From the NCBI GenBank assembly GCA_013115145.1, contig JAAPAO010000280.1, positions 1 to 43,756 of the forward strand: DNA of 43,756 bases, given 5' to 3'. The position numbers were made by a program, and so were the translations under genes. This document shows, piece after piece, positions 42,182-43,756 of the stretch (its first letter is position 1; each line of letters starts with the position of its first letter). Under the pieces are notes generated by a model. That model was not told the origin of the DNA, did no database searches, and worked only from the letters and a program-made list of their open reading frames with translations. This DNA comes from Perkinsus chesapeaki ATCC PRA-425. Taxonomy: Eukaryota; Protista; Perkinsozoa.

Positions 42182-43756
42182 ATGAACTGTCGTCTTGCTT
42201 TCTTCGGTCTCCTGTTCAACTCCGTGGTGGGATCGAAGCTTAGAAGGATGCAATTATCCACTACTGCAAGCCCATCATTCAGTCCAAGTGACCGCGAGCG
42301 CTGTGATGACTACTGTCAACGTGAGTTGCTTTGCGCTTCAAAGTTCTTGTTAACGCTCTTCGTCAGACTTGAACGGCTCCCCGAGTTACTGTAAATACTG
42401 GTTGAACCCACCGGTATGTCAGGCAGGCGACCAGCCATGCTCACCAGATGTTTGTGTTGGTAATTCATCTCACCGTACTCCTTCGAACTGCTCGATTGTT
42501 TTCAGTTCCCCCAGGCGCCACGGTCCCACCAATATCAACGCCGTCCCCAGAAGACTCTAACGCCTGTGATGGATATTGCAAAGGCCTCAACGGACCGTCG
42601 AGTTACTGCAAGTGGTGGCAGTCTCCGGCAGTTTGTCAGTTCGGTGACCAGCCTTGTGGCGATGTTTCTGTGTGCGATCCGACGACACCAACATCCACTC
42701 CCGAGCCTCCGACTACAACGCCTGTAGTTTTCACCACACCTAGTGTGGCGACCACTACACCTAGTGTGCCGACCACTACACCTACGGTCCCGACTACCAC
42801 ACCTACGGTCCCGACCACTACACCTACGGTCCCGACCACCACACCTACGGTCCCGACCATCACACCTACGGTCCCGACCACTACACCTACGGTCCCGACC
42901 ACCACACCTACGGTCCCGACCACTACACCTACGGTCCCGACCACTACACCTACGGTCCCGACCACAACACCTAGTGTGCCGACCACTACACCTACGGTCC
43001 CGACCACCACACCTAGTGTGCCGACCACTACACCTACGGTCCCGACCACAACACCTAGTGTGCCGACCACTACACCTAGTGTGCCGACCACCACACCTAG
43101 TGTGCCGACCACTACACCTAGTGTGCCGACCACTACACCTACGGTCCCGACCACTACACCTACGGTCCCGACCACCACACCTACGGTCCCGACCACTACA
43201 CCTACGGTCCCGACCACTACACCTACGGTCCCGACCACTACACCTACGGTCCCGTCCACTACACCTACCGTCCCGACTACTACACCTACGGTCCCGACCA
43301 CAACACCTACGGTCCCGACCACAACACCTACGGTCCCGACCACTACACCTACGGTCCCGACCACTACACCTACGGTCCCGACCACTACACCTACCGTCCC
43401 GACCAATACACCTAGTGTGCCGACCACTACACCTAGTGTGCCGACCACTACGCCTAGTGTGCCGACCACTACACCTACGGTCCCGACCACTACACCTAGT
43501 GTGCCGACCACTACGCCTAGTGTGCCGACCACTACGCCTACGGTCCCGACCACTACACCTAGTGTGCCGACCACTACGCCTACGGTTCCGACCACCACAC
43601 CTACGGTTCCGACCACTACACCTACGGTTCCGACCACTACACCTAGTGTGCCGACCACCACACCTAGTGTGCCGACCACTACACCTAGTGTGCCGACCAC
43701 TACGCCTACGGTCCCGACCACTACACCTAGTGTGCCGACCACTACGCCTACGGTTC
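42182..43756 (+). CDS. Secreted protein: signal peptide, two Cys-rich modules, long PTTTP(S/T)V mucin-like stalk (3' end outside window)
   Basis: Introns 42321-42366 and 42460-42505 (46 nt each) join CDDYCQHLNGSPSYCKYWLNPPVCQAGDQPC and CDGYCKGLNGPSSYCKWWQSPAVCQFGDQPC; the frame then stays open to the window end. Confidence 0.88.
42751..43756 (+). repeat. Coding 21-bp tandem repeat, about 48 copies (TTTPSVP / TTTPTVP)
   Basis: Two unit types, ACCACTACACCTAGTGTGCCG and ACCACTACACCTACGGTCCCG. Confidence 0.97.

Noticed and set aside
42636-43742. 368-aa minus-strand ORF (VVGT repeats)
   Set aside because: Antisense shadow of the 21-bp coding repeat; the + strand has the signal peptide, splice sites and Cys modules.
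1-43756. Spliced-leader (CCGTAGCCATYTTGGCTCAAG-like) relics, rRNA, or U1/U2/U4/U5/U6 genes
   Set aside because: No convincing match seen by eye; a computational scan could still find diverged copies.

Overview
Eukaryotic, intron-dense nuclear DNA. Most introns are about 27-55 nt GT-AG, with a minority of 160-960 nt. The style and the Cys-rich secreted repeat suggest a Perkinsus-like alveolate, but that is an inference. Genes recognisable after manual splicing: a DUF676-type lipase, a transcriptional-type cyclin, a PTPMT1-like phosphatase, SmB, RPA2, a MAPEG protein, an RI-type LRR protein, a CUE-domain protein, a 4-TM membrane protein and a secreted Cys-rich/mucin protein that runs off the right edge. 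Also present: a decayed Ty3/gypsy remnant, tRNA genes (Leu-CAG x2, Phe-GAA, His-GUG) with decayed Phe and His duplicates, several minisatellites and a 71-bp palindrome. Most notable: (1) three intronless, diverged paralogues with a PB1 domain plus three UBA-like repeats (p62-like architecture), with a CUE protein about 6 kb away; (2) long introns and a tRNA spacer that look structured or carry box C/D signatures; (3) a tRNA-His gene with U73. Gene models and RNA folds were read by eye; boundaries of the hypothetical genes are approximate.
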